Assembly (NCBI RefSeq): GCF_963506605.1 | Contig: NC_083276.1 | Location: forward strand, 22,568,001-22,632,000 | Source of the DNA: Zootoca vivipara | Lineage: Eukaryota | Reading direction: 5' to 3' | Length of the DNA: 64,000 nucleotides | In this document: positions 50,495-62,813 of the stretch, one piece after another | Numbering within the stretch: the first letter of the stretch is position 1 | Layout: each line of letters opens with the position of its first letter | The notes under the pieces: model-generated | Database searches by the model: none | What the model saw: the letters and a program-made list of their open reading frames with translations, nothing else | What the model was told of the DNA's origin: nothing | Position numbers and translations under genes: made by a program

Positions 50495-51266
50495 CTAGTA
50501 TCATGAAGTCCGTTAAATTAACGGGTGCTAAAATTAATTAGCGGGGTTTCCCCCCCCCCGGTGACTCACCCACCGCCACCACCTCAGCCCCTCACTCAGT
50601 CCCATCCCTGCCCCCCGCCCCAGCCAGCTGCCTCCTCAGCTTCCTCTCTCCCTCCCCATTTCCCACCNNNNNNNNNNNNNNNNNNNNNNNNNNNNNNNNN
50701 NNNNNNNNNNNNNNNNNNNNNNNNNNNNNNNNNNNNNNNNNNNNNNNNNNNNNNNNNNNNNNNNNNNNNNNNNNNNNNNNNNNNNNNNNNNNNNNNNNNC
50801 AGAAGCCCTTCCAACCCCCCCCCCCAAATCCACACACACTTCCAGGGACTAATTCCCCCTTCCCCCGCAGGTGCGCCCGCCCACTCTCCTGCTTTCGCCC
50901 CTCAGTAACGGCTAAACGATCCTTCAGCCCAGCAGCCGCATCACTCGTGGCTTGCACTCTCTCTCTATCCACACCCACCTACCCTCCCTTTCCCTTTCAC
51001 CGGCACACGCCTGCCTCCTCTCCTTCCCCTCTAACGGAGAAGAAACCAGGAGGAAAGAGCGAGATCCTTCCGTAGCACAGCAGAGGCAAGGGGAAGCTGC
51101 ACACTTTTTTTTGTATGGTTGTGTATATGCAAGCATGTAATCTCTCTCACGGTCCTGGTTTATCCCGTCCAAGTCCCAACGGCTGTCCGTGGGGCACATG
51201 CGCAGTAGCGCAATCCCACGGACACAGGGACTGGACGCAGAGACACTTGCACTTTATTATATAGGA
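50495..51266 (-). mobile_element. Non-autonomous Helitron, same family (contains the N gap)
   Basis: Same 5' TCCTATATAATAAAG and 3' hairpin plus CTAG on the - strand. Removing it restores the surrounding L1 frame at an A|T site. Confidence 0.88.
50668..50799. other. Assembly gap (N run) inside the GC-rich Helitron interior
   Basis: Run of n. Confidence 1.
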
Positions 51267-52561
51267 TATTATCTTAATCTCACATTACCATGCTCTCTTG
51301 TTACTAAATCCTGGTATGTTGGCCATTCATTTTCTGTATTTAATCTGTTGACCGCTATTACTTCTAATGGTGATACCCACTAGGGTATCTTAGGTTCCAC
51401 GAGCCATCGATAACTTTTCCAAACCTTATATAGTGACTTCCTGATTATGTGATTCAGGAAGTCCATGTGAACTGTTACTTTATCATATATTAGATAGGCG
51501 TGCCATCCGTAGCGATTGTTCCACCCTTCCAGATCTAGAATTTCTGTATTCCTTAGCGTAACCCAGTCCTTAATCCATTCGAAACAAGCTGCTTGGAAGT
51601 GCAGCTTCAAATCTGGGAGACCGAACATAAAAATATCAGTTTTGTGGAAAACTGATATAAATTTTACAGCTTGCTACTGAGTAAAAGAACACATTTTCAT
51701 TATATTTTATCGATGGTATCTCACCCCAGTAAAATTAGCAAAAATTTACAAAAAACATTCAAATCTCTGCTGGAAATGCAAGAAAGAGGTGGGGACATTA
51801 TACCATATGTGGTGGGGATGTAAGGTTGTTAGACAATTCTGGAATGAGATACATGAGGAGATCAAAAAGATCTTCAGGAGCTCTATATCAAAAAAATGAG
51901 AGTCATATTTATTGAGTTTATTAACAAACGACATCTCCAAGGATAAAAGGAATATATTTCTTTATACAACGGCAGCGGCAAGAATTTTAGTGGCAAAATA
52001 TTGGAAAACAGAAAAAGTACCACAAATGACAGAATGGCAAGTTAAGATCTGTGAGTTTGCCGAGATGGCAAAAATGACTGCAGCAATTAGGGGCAGCTCT
52101 ATCCAAAAAACCTATACAGAATGGGAATGCATAGGGGAATACATGAAAAAATATGGTGTTGAAGCAGAACTCTTAATAGGCAATTGTTAATTGAATAAAG
52201 ATAAAAGAAGTAATCATAACTCATTAGACATTTTAGAAATAAGCTTTCATGTTAGTTTAGTGTATTAAAGCAACTATAAATAATTTAGTGACGGGAAGAT
52301 CTCACACTGGTGAAGGGAAGCAACGAGGAAGAGGGGAGGGATAGGTAGCGTTTGGGAAATAAAATAATACATGTGACAGAAAAGGACATAACAGATTCTT
52401 ATAGAATAGCAACATAAAGTAACCAGAGTAGAAGTTTAAAGGAGGAAGTGAATGTATTTTTATTATTGTAATTATTATTATTATTATTCCTTATTGGTAG
52501 AAGGCATTGTTGATTTAGGTTTTTTCATGTTTGTTGGTGTAATTTTCTTAAGATAATAATA

Positions 52562-52604
<43 letters not shown>

Positions 52605-52763
52605 TTTTTTTTTCCTGCTCCAGTTCCACCCCCCAGGGGCTTCTACTTGCCAAATGGGGTAAAAGTCCCTAGGCCATGTGAAACTGCTAACAAATAAGCA
52701 AAACAATGAACCTGGTTGTGTTTTTTCTTGGCTGCCTCATTATTATTATTGATTAACATGCAG

Positions 52764-53665
52764 GTTATTCAGTGTTTGGAAACAGGCAACAAAAAGAAAC
52801 TGAAATGGCAAGGGAAGAGAAGTAAGAAATTAGCCAAGAACCTTCTTAAGACCCATGAGAACAGAAACGATGTCTCCCTTTGGCGACTCTACGCCTACCT
52901 GGAGTGGTTGCTTGGCAACGTGGAAGATGCTAGGAAAGTTTTTGATATGTCTCTGAGCACGGCGGGAACAGCTGGGATCCAGAACCCCCAGCTCTGTAAC
53001 CTGGGCCTGCTTTATGCCGAACTGGAAGCAGAGTCGCTGGGGAGCCTGGAGGGAACGCTCGAGTCTCGCGCTGTTCACATATTGACCAGGCTGGCCGAGC
53101 AAGGACCTTACGCGCCTTACAGTGGACAGACATTATCCGTGAACATTTTGAGAGCTCGGAAAACATACGAGCATCTTCTCCAGGATTACTTGAGCAAGAG
53201 AGGCGCCTCTGAACAAGAACAGATCCACGACTACTCCGACCACCTCGTTGGCTTGGTTGGTTGTTACACCCTTTTCCAGTATTTGACTCTTGGGATTGAT
53301 TCTGCAGTGTCAGTATACAGGCAGGTTTTTGAGAAGCTGGAAGGCGAAAGCCCTGGCGGTCAGAACTGTGCCGCCACCCTTGAAGCTGTCGCCCTGATGC
53401 ATGTGCATTTGCTCAGATACCACATGAGAACGAGCGTCTATCCTTTGGCTCCCCTCCGCGAAGCACTGCTGGGGGCTTTGAAGAGGTATCCTAGCAACCA
53501 GCCTCTCTGGAGGGCATATATCCAGATCCAAAGCAAGTCGCACAACGCTAGCAAAGCGCGGCGGTTTTTTGACAGCGTTGCAAGGGCCGCGAAGTCACTG
53601 GAGCCGTGGCTGTTTGCAATCAAAGCTGAGCAGATGAGGAAAAAGCTTGTGGAAAGTGTGCAAAG
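52764..53665 (+). CDS. NRDE2: NRDE2 coding exon 11 (902 nt, HAT/TPR-like helical region)
   Basis: Long open frame (ORF 52716-53669) with NRDE2-like peptide. Boundaries atgcag| and |gtaaca. Confidence 0.93.
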
Positions 53666-54628
53666 GTAACACTGCATCTTACAGATGATGCATTTCTCTC
53701 TCTCTCTTGCTTCTTAATTGGCACAGGCCTGTTCCCCTTTGCAAAAGTTAATTTCATTTCTACGTGACATTTGTATCCTGCCCCTCCTTCAAGGAGCTCT
53801 GGCTAGTCTTTTAAATCTCCTCTGAGATTTGATTTGCTTCATGGCGAAGTGGAGATTCAGGCACAGATTTTCCACGTCAAACATAGGCTGTTGCCTTATA
53901 TTGAGTCTGACCTCTAACTGGTAGCAACTTTCCAGGGTTCTAGGCAAGAGAAATTATCAGCCCTTCTTGGAGCTGCTTGGTTTTGAACCTGGGATGCCAT
54001 ACCCCTTCCCCAGTGCTTAAAGCATTTCTATATTGCATTGTTGATTTCTGCAGGGTTACATCCACTTGCATTTATTCTGTTGTCACAAACATGTCCTCCA
54101 ACAGCCTTCCCCAGCCGTCCAGATTATTTATTTTGCATTCCTCTACATCACCTTTTGCAAAAAAAACCCAAACAAAAAAACCCTGACTTCCCAACAGGTT
54201 GCACCAGAACAAAACATATTAATAGGAATTACAGAAAGCAGATAAAAATGCAATTAAAATCCAGTTTCATACTGGCAGTCGGTATAAAATATAGAAGGAC
54301 TAAAGCCTGGGAAAAGTGAAATTAAACTAAAAAGGACCTCAGAAAGGTTGGGAGCGCAAGTAAGTCTTCACCATGTGACAGAAATCAATCAGGGTTATGG
54401 CTATCTGCATATCCATGGGAAGGGAGTTCCATGACTGGGTGCCACCACGAAGAATGCCTCGCTGTGTGTTACCACACAACCAAGGTTGTCGGACTACAGT
54501 TCTCGTTATTTATGACCATTGGCCAACCTGGATGGGGCTAATGGAAGTTGGGAGGCCAGAATAATCTGGTGAGCCTGAGGCTGGGGAGGCCTGCTCTACA
54601 GTATAACAATAATTTAAGAGAGCACTAT

Positions 54629-54979
54629 GGGACGCAGGTGGGGCTGTGGTCTAAACCACAGAGCCTAGGGCTTGCTGAACAGAAGGTTGGTGGTTTGAAT
54701 CCCCACGGCGGGGTGAGCGCCCGTTGCTCGGTCCCTGCTCCTGCCAACCTAGCAGTTCGAAAGCACGTCAAAGTGCAAGTAGATAAATAGGTACTGCTCC
54801 AGCAGGAAGGTAAACGGCGTTTCCGTGCGCTGCTCTGGTTCGCCAGAAGCGGCTTTTCATGCTGGCCACATGACCTGGAAGCTATACACCGGCTCCCTCG
54901 GCCAGTAAAGCGAGATGAGCGCCGTAACCCCAGAGTCATTCACGACTGGACCTAACGGTCAGGGGTCCCTTTACCTTTT
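54629..54979 (+). mobile_element. Sauria SINE, full length
   Basis: Runs from the gggacgc head to the ctttaccttt tail. Confidence 0.92.
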
Positions 54980-55473
54980 TATGGCAGGGTGTGAGCTTGG
55001 ACTGGAAACTTGTTGGCCAACCTTGGCCCAGTTACCTCCTCAGCCTAACCTAACCTAACATGTAGGGATGTTGAGACGACAACATGCAGAGGAGGAGGAT
55101 GCTCTATGCTGCTCTGAGCTTGCTGGAGGATTAAAGCAGCAGCATAGGATTGCATGCAAAGATTAACATGTGTGTTCATGCCCCATGACGTTCCTATCCT
55201 CTTCTCCCCGGTGGTCTTCCGCTCATACATTTGGATGCAACCAAGGGGCCACCACTCGGTTGGGTAGAGCACATCCTTTGTATGCTGAGGATCCAGAGGG
55301 CATCTCCACCTCCACCAGGTGACAGGAAAGACTCAGCACCTCATGTAGCTCTTGGGGGCAAAAAGGTTGCCCACCTCTGCTCTCAAAATCTCCAGTGTGA
55401 GTTTGTACTGGAAGGAAGAACCATGTTCATGACCACCGAAAACACTGTTTGTTCTCGTTTTTCTTTGTTTCAG

Positions 55474-55612
55474 AGTAGCCACTGGCGATGTGTATGCAAC
55501 CATCCCCGAAACTGGGTTAACCAATCGAATCAAGGCTTTATTTGAACATGCCATTGAGACTGAAAACGGTGCTCATTGTCCATTGCTTTGGAGGCTATAT
55601 ATATACTTTATG
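55474..55612 (+). CDS. NRDE2: NRDE2 coding exon 12 (IPETGLTNRIKALFEHA...CPLLWR)
   Basis: Boundaries tttcag| and |gtgaga. Phase 2 to 0. Confidence 0.94.
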
Positions 55613-56091
55613 GTGAGAGACTGCAGCCCCCCCCCCCTGCACTTAATTTTATTAAGTGATTCTTGGATGCTGTTGTGTAGATTAGAAGCTATAGAAAAGT
55701 AACATTTAAAAATGCACCGTAGGGATGTTAATGCAAATCCTTAACATTGTTAGATTATTAGAAAACCTTTTTGTGTAAAAAAAATATATGGCTCAGCTCC
55801 CTATCTTCATGTAAGGAGGGCAGTAATTTTTGACAGCTCCCCCTCCTGACCATTCCCAGTTGAGTTAGGATATAGACAGCCTAAATATTCATAGATGTTG
55901 TATCACATCATATAATATTAATATACAGTTCTCCCTAGAGAAGATGTCTCCCTAGAGAAATTCTCAGTCTGAATATTTAATGGTTCCTTCTTCAATTCTA
56001 AATGAAAATAATGTTTATGTACATAGAGTTCTGCATTAAAATTTTTTTAAAGTATGCTTGAAATGCAAAACTTTTGTCTCATTCTTTTCAG

Positions 56092-56163
56092 GTTTCTTTA
56101 GGAGATAAAGGAAAAAGTAAAGGAGTGTTTTATAGAGCGCTTCAAAACTGCCCCTGGACAAAA
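56092..56163 (+). CDS. NRDE2: NRDE2 coding exon 13 (SKGVFYRALQNCPWTK)
   Basis: Boundaries tttcag| and |gtaggt. Conserved ALQNCPW motif. Confidence 0.94.
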
Positions 56164-56673
56164 GTAGGTTTCTTTTTTAAGCAACAACAACAGCAATAAT
56201 ATTTATAATTGTTCAAGAATACAGTGACAATGCAATAGAACATGTGTCTCTGCTAGGGTCAGACCAGATTCCTGATTATTTGCATAGCTGGTAAAATGGA
56301 ACTATTGTTTATAATGGACAGTAGGTTGCAACAGGTTTCTGCAACAGTATGGTGTTTTTTTTTTTATATAAAAAGAAACTGCCCAGAAAGCAGAGAAACT
56401 GAAGAGTAAATCTATGAAATATATAGTCAAAGGAACAGAGATTTAAAAGTTTACATGACCAGTGTCTAATATACAGTCATACCTCGGGTTTAGTATGCTT
56501 CAGGTTGAGTACTTTCAAGTTAAGTACTCCGCGACCCGTCTGGAACGGATTAATCTACTTTCCATTACTTTCAATGGGAAAGTTACAGGTAGGTAGCCGT
56601 GTTGGTCTGAGTCGAAGCAAAATAAAAAAATTCCTTCAGTAGCACCTTAAAGACCAACTAAGTTTATATTTTG

Positions 56674-56711
56674 GTATGAGCTTTCGTGTGCATGCACACT
56701 TCTTCAGATAC
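56674..56711 (-). ncRNA. Minimal type I hammerhead ribozyme motif (antisense arm)
   Basis: Exact reverse complement of 56751-56788. Confidence 0.75.
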
Positions 56712-56750
56712 CCCTTCTCTACATAAGTGCCTGGGGACTCCTATTTCACT

Positions 56751-56788
56751 GTATCTGAAGAAGTGTGCATGCACACGAAAGCTCATAC
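56751..56788 (+). ncRNA. Minimal type I hammerhead ribozyme motif (sense to NRDE2 intron 13)
   Basis: GUAU-CUGAAGA-A-GUGUG(CAUG)CACAC-GAAA-GCUC^AUAC: intact CUGANGA/GAAA core, stems I and II, and a palindromic AGCU stem III. Confidence 0.75.
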
Positions 56789-57398
56789 CAAAATATAAAC
56801 TTAGTTGGTCTTTAAGGTGCTACTGAAGGAATTTTTTTATTTTGTTTCAATGGGAAAGTTCGCTTGAGGTTAAGTACGCTTGAGGTTAAGTACAGACTTC
56901 CAGAACCAATTAAGTACTTAACCTGAGGTACCACTTTACTGTGAATTATTCCTGATTCTTGACAAGTTTGGTTTTAATTGGACTTGGTGGGGATTTTCCC
57001 AAGCATTTCTTCATGACCTATAACACAGCAAATTCTTATGTTTAATTTCTTTCGATGCAAAACTTTGGGCATACAGAATTGGAATTATTTTTTATTTAGT
57101 TTTTTATGGTCCAGACTCGAGAGGCTTGGAGGGTGGGAGCACCAGAAGGCATAGGAGCAAGGACGCGAGATCTGCAGCACCGTGGAAGGGAGCTGTACCC
57201 ACCTATCCTAAAAAAGCTTAGTTACCTTGATCGCTTTTTATTTCATTAGAGCTAGGGTGTGTCTTTTTCTTTTTCTTCTCTGCATTTTTTGCTGACCACT
57301 CTGTGGCCCTGAATTTGTTCTCTTGTCAAATGGATTCCTGGCCTGACTTGTGCTGTTCCATAAGCATGGCGGATTGATTATTTTCAATGTATTTGTAG

Positions 57399-57524
57399 GT
57401 GCTGTATATGGATGCTATAAGCTATTTTCCAGATGAGCTGCAAGAGATCCTTGATCTAATGACCGAGAAGGAGCTGAGAGTGCGGGTACCAATTGAAGAG
57501 CTGGAGCTGCTCTTGGAAGACTAG
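57399..57524 (+). CDS. NRDE2: NRDE2 last coding exon 14 (VLYMDA...EKELRVRVPIEELELLLED*)
   Basis: Acceptor ttgtag|. Conserved C-terminus. TAG at 57522-57524. Confidence 0.95.
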   Translation: MLYMDAISYFPDELQEILDLMTEKELRVRVPIEELELLLED

Positions 57525-58319
57525 AGAATGATGTGAAGACAGCAAGTGGACCTTGGCTTGAGCCTTCAGTCTCTGCCCCTGGAGAGAAAATAATTATACA
57601 CTTCCTTTAACAGATGAGAAACTATTTTTCAGCACAGCTTTCTTGTGGTTGGTTTCCCCAGTGCTGTTAAGTGCTCTTGTGCAGCAAACTGCCAATATGG
57701 GTGACTCGATCTGTTGCTGTCGTCGGACATCGTCACATGCATTTGTGTGATTATACAGTAGCCAAAGGACAAGCCATTCTCTCTCAGCTGATAGATGCAT
57801 GAACACATGATCAGAATAGTTTTATAGGTTGTACAGAACATGAAAATGTGCCCTTGCGTGATGACTCACGTGATGTTTTAGGCAGCAAAGCCTTGTGTAA
57901 CCAAATTTTTATTGGTTTGTAAATGGCAGAGGATGTAAATATGCTTGTAAAGGTACATAAAATATTTTTGAAATGGATTTTATTTCTATATCTCCCCCCC
58001 CCCCAAAAGGCGGAAACACTTAAGCTCTGCTTTTAGTGAATCTTTCCTTGTTGCACCTGTGGAATTTAACATGGTCACACAGCTGCCAATTCACATGCCA
58101 CACTCAACAGTAATTTTGAACCCTCCCAGCATATGTATTGTATGAAATTGTTTCCTATTCATTTCAGAAGTTTGGGCTACCCACTACTGAAATCAGGTGG
58201 GATGTTAAGAATTGCGAATGAGGATGCACACAGGTTGGCAGGTAAGATTTTGAAAAAGTAAATGCTAAGCCAGGCTTGTGGAATAGAGCTGCATATCCGA
58301 GCGTTGTTGGTTGTAAAAG

Positions 58320-59125
58320 AAGTGAGCTGTGTGTGCTCTCTAGGGCACTCTCCTGTGATGCTGTGAGGGCATCCTAAATCCAGAGCAGTTTGTGGATCTG
58401 CCCCTCTGATTAGGGGAGATTTCTCCTGGGGCAGCCCCATCCCAGCTGACATTACTGCTCCTCTGGCCAGGGACAGCTTTGGATTCAGCAGATGCTCTCC
58501 CATCTTGAGGGAACGGGGAAGATAGAGATGACTTGGCTGTTGAAGCCTTGATTGCTTCAAGATTAGATTATTGCAATGCACTCTAGGTGGGGCTGCCCTT
58601 GAAGACAACTCAGAAACTTCAGTTGGTCCAAAACACAGCAGACCCAGATACTGGCCTGCGTTCAGTTTAGCTCGCATATAAATCCCGTTTTAAAACAGCT
58701 GCACAGGTTGCCAGTTTGTTTTCGGGCCCAATTCAAGGTGCTCACATTGGTGTTTAAAGCCCTAAACAACTCAGGCCCCAAATATCTGAAAGACTACCTC
58801 CTCCCACACAGACCTTCTCAGGTGCAAAGGGGGGTCTTTCTGGTATTTCCTGCATCCTCAGAGGTTTGGGGAGAGACGGAGGTGGCCTCGGTAGTGGCCC
58901 CTAAACTGTGGAATCCCTTCCTCACTGAGGTGCATCTTGCACCATTGTGATACAGCTTCCAGATAATGCTGAAGACGCACCTCTTTACCCTGGCTTTTGA
59001 CACTTGACATGTATTATTTCAGGGCCCCGTATTTTTATGGTTGTAAATTGTTTTTAGTACTGTGTTTTAATGCTGCAACCCACCTTGGAACCTTATAAAG
59101 GGCAGACAATAAATGAGTAAATAAC
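58320..59125 (+). mobile_element. Older L2 fragment downstream of the NRDE2 stop
   Basis: RLDYCNAL and FRAQFKVLTLVFKALN remnants. Confidence 0.75.
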
Positions 59126-62100
59126 AAAAACACAGCAAGCACTCTGGGATTGAAAGCAAGGAGTGAACAGCAGCTTACTTTGTTTGCACTGGGACTTCTA
59201 TTGCTATTACTGGAAGTGTTTTAACAAGAGAGGGACGTGAAGCCTCTGTTTATAGGATTGGAAACCTAGTAACAATTACAGGGATGCCTCTGGATATCAC
59301 AATACACCCCCTTCGGGCAAAACAGCTAGTGTTTCCTATAGGAAGCAGAGAGGGCAGTTGCTTTCATGCTGCTAGAATCCGAATGGAAGCAGCAGAGAGC
59401 ACAACTCAGCTATGAAAGCTTTTAATTAATTATCCTTTATTCCATAAGCAATGCCTTGCGACACTTGCTGCAAGGTGCAATTAACTAAATAAAGCTTTGG
59501 ACTGTCCTGAAATCTAATATAGGCTGTCAACAACCAGGCCGCTCAAGTATTCAGCAGGGGTGTTACGAGCTCTGGCCACAAATCATGCCATTAACCAGAT
59601 CTCAGAGGAGCCAAAATAGTATTCTCAGAGGTATGTTCTCTTCAGCAGAGGTAATTCAGTGGTGGGCAGAGAATTTTGTTTCACCGCCTTATTCCAAAGG
59701 GAGTGTGGTGCAAAGCAGCCTCTTAAGAGTAGCTGCAAAAGTTTTACCGCATTTACTTTTCTGAAACTCTTCTTCAGATAACAAGGTGGGGACAAAAAAA
59801 AGTATTTGCATAATTGAATTCCTGGTCTGTGCTGGTAGCCACATATATTTGAAAATAAATCCCACCATAATCAATGGGACATACCATCAAACCTAAGATC
59901 AAGTCCACAATTAAGGTATATTGGGCATCTAAATGTTTTTGGCTTTATGGGTTGGGGGCATCTGCCTATGTCAAAAACCTGAAACCTGTTAAATTGTCCT
60001 GGCTGCAAGCCATGGAAATCTGGCCACTGGCCACCTGGATAAGTGAAGACTTGGGCATTACTTTAAAAAGCCAATATTCTTTGGGGAAAGACAAGGCATT
60101 TAACCCATTTTCCAAACTGACTTAAACTTGCAGTGAAAAAAAAATATACCCAACTGTGTAGACATGCAAAATTAGGGCTTCCACTCAGGAGAGTTGCCCC
60201 TATTGGCTATTAGCTTTCCTGTTATGTGAGTTTCTAAACAAGAGCATATGGAGCTTTAGACAGGAAAAGACATAGGCTGTTCTTCTGTGGAGCAGGACAG
60301 TGTGCCTTCCTCTTAGAAAGTCCTCCTACCCCCTTACCTGGTTAAAGTTTCCACTGGCAGAAACCTTAACCCACATTTGCTGTTAACCAGCATTTGGATA
60401 CGGGTTCCAAATACTGCTGAATGGTAAAATCTGGTTCACATCTATCATGGCCAAGATCAGTACCTTAACCACAGCTGACGTAACCACTGAGAATTTCTAC
60501 AGGGGCATGCAACTGCAGTTAAGTTCCTGGGAGTATTTATGGGGGGAAACCCAGTGGTGTCCCACCAGCAGAACTACTTCCCTTCCCTCTGCCCCACTTT
60601 GGTCCAGAGGACTGGGGGATCCTCTAGAGCAGAATGGCTGGGGGAGGAGGGAATTGCAAGGAAGAGGAGAGGAAGGAGAAGTTGCATTCATAAGAAGTCC
60701 ACTCACACAACACTGGATGTCCCCTTAAGTGTTCTCATCATAGCCACAGAATGACACGTATAAAGAACGGTGGTTGCTCTGGCAACAGGGCAAACAAGCT
60801 TAATTAATCCACACCGTTGTCAAACTGAATAAACAGTACATGGATGGACGGAGAAATCTGTTGGTCATGAGTGTCCCAACTATTTGTAAGCGCAGCTCAC
60901 CTACAACTAGTGACGAAGAGATGAGATGGCTCTGTCAGTGAAATACAATCTGCAGGCGGCCACCTGCTCATGGCAGCTCCTCTTTGTGATTATACTCCTC
61001 TAGCAACATCTATTTCTAGCGCTTAGCATTGTCACAGCCTGTCTTGTTCAGCTTGAGATAATACAAGAGCAATTTGCTTTCGACGTGGTTTAAATTGTTC
61101 ACCGAAGCCATGAGAAACCCCCTCAGGCTCAGAACACATGCTTCATAATTCAGAAGTAGAGGGAATCTGCTAGCAGTTAATGATGCGCCTTGTAGTGCAG
61201 CAGAGAGGTAAAATACGCCCCCAGTTGTTTTGACTAATACACATATACATAAACACAATTCAAACCCCTTTCAGTTTTGGTGCTGCTTTTTGCTTTCTCA
61301 GGAGGAAATAAGTGCCTGGAGGCTTGTTACCTGTAGGAACTCTCCCCATACCTAGATGCCAACAACAGCTGTGGGTTAAGTTCCCTCGCTCCATGAATGC
61401 ACAACCCAACCTGGAGAATCTCTGTAGGACCCCAAAGCCTGGAATTCCAACAGTGGTTTGACCATGGAAGTTATGTTTATGTCTCTGTGATCGACAGAGT
61501 TATTTAGACTCTGACTGCCCTTTACCCACAGACAGCCTTGGCCGTGACATCTGACCCTCAATCCATATTAACATTTTGTGAATTTGGCATGTTCTTGGAG
61601 CCAGGCAGGAATTGATGAAAGATGCAGGGTTCTGTTCAGCCTTCCAAGTCATTTTTGCTTCTTCTAGTCCATCTCATTTCCACTGAGCATCTGTTACCAC
61701 ACGTTGTCTAACTGCTTATCTGGATGGATTTTCCAATAATGTGGGCTTTTGAAAGCATTCCCAGCAAAATGTTTTTCAACATTATTTCGGCATTCTTTCT
61801 CAGTCGCTGTGCAATCATATAAATGTCTGCGCAGCTAGGCTGGAGTTTTGGCAGGCTTCCCACAACCACCCTTAAGGGACATGGCTCCTTTTCCCCCACT
61901 CAGTTCTTTCCACTACAGTGGTAGCCTCCAAGCCTTGTTTTTTTTATTATCGAATTTCCTTCAGATTCTCTTGCTAGTGTTTTTTTCTGTTGCAATTACT
62001 ACACTTAAGTACCCATTTCTTCAGCTTTTATCCTCCCTTTCTCTTTTACAGTTTTATCTGCCCCTCTCTTTTTGTACATTTAGTGCTGTATCTTTCCTCA

Positions 62101-62380
62101 ATCGCCTTTTTGTGCATCCCCACCTAGATTGGGTTTATGGCTCGACTTGGGGATTTCCCCATAAGTGCCTGTCCTATGACAGCAAAAAACTTAACACCTG
62201 AAATTCTGGAGATTCATATTTGTTACTTTAGCTATTTACTTCTAGTTGCACCCAGGTCTAAATGTAACAACCAGCCATGGAAAAGTTATGGAGTCAATCG
62301 GTTTGGCCGAGATACACATAAGAAACCATCATTGCTTAAAATCCTAACCCATTCATTCCAATCCATTTGGAAACCAAGGT

Positions 62381-62386
62381 TTTAAT
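62381..62386 (-). terminator. Probable PSMC1 polyadenylation signal (ATTAAA)
   Basis: ATTAAA on the - strand about 175 nt after the PSMC1 stop, followed by GT/T-rich sequence. Confidence 0.5.
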
Positions 62387-62561
62387 GGCAAATAAAGTGT
62401 TTAAAACTACAATGTAGAGGAATTCACTTAAACAATGCTTCAAGCAGCAAAAGCTTTTTCTTTCTGCCCAAGGCATTAATTTCTCATGCTTTTCTTGTAT
62501 TCCAAAAGGAAGGTTCCAATCATTTCTCTTGCCCCAGGAGAAACAAACAAAAGGTAAAAAG

Positions 62562-62813
<252 letters not shown>

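Larger units (their letters stand above)
50000..52604 (+). mobile_element. L1-clade LINE 3' fragment with 5' inversion
   Basis: Inverted ORF2 part from 51628 to about 50000 (GLPDLK...WLQYYQI...WERLW). Forward part from about 51640 (LWKTDINFTAC...CWKC..H.WWGC zinc knuckle). (AAT)n tail. TSD TTTTCCTGCTC at 49989-49999 and 52610-52620. Confidence 0.82.
56585..56844 (-). mobile_element. Penelope-like non-autonomous fold-back element
   Basis: Perfect 94-bp inverted arms (56618-56711 and 56751-56844). PLE-type terminus agaccaacacggctacctacctgt. 16-bp TSD TTTCAATGGGAAAGTT at 56569-56584 and 56845-56860. Confidence 0.85.
56474..56936. mobile_element. Tc1/mariner-type MITE hosting the Penelope-like insertion
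   Basis: Imperfect TIRs cagtcatacctcgggtt / aacctgaggtaccact with TA flanks. Confidence 0.7.

Noticed and set aside
56618-56844. Hairpin as a conserved pre-miRNA
   Set aside because: TSD-bounded, perfectly paired repeat-family element, better explained as a Penelope-like insertion.
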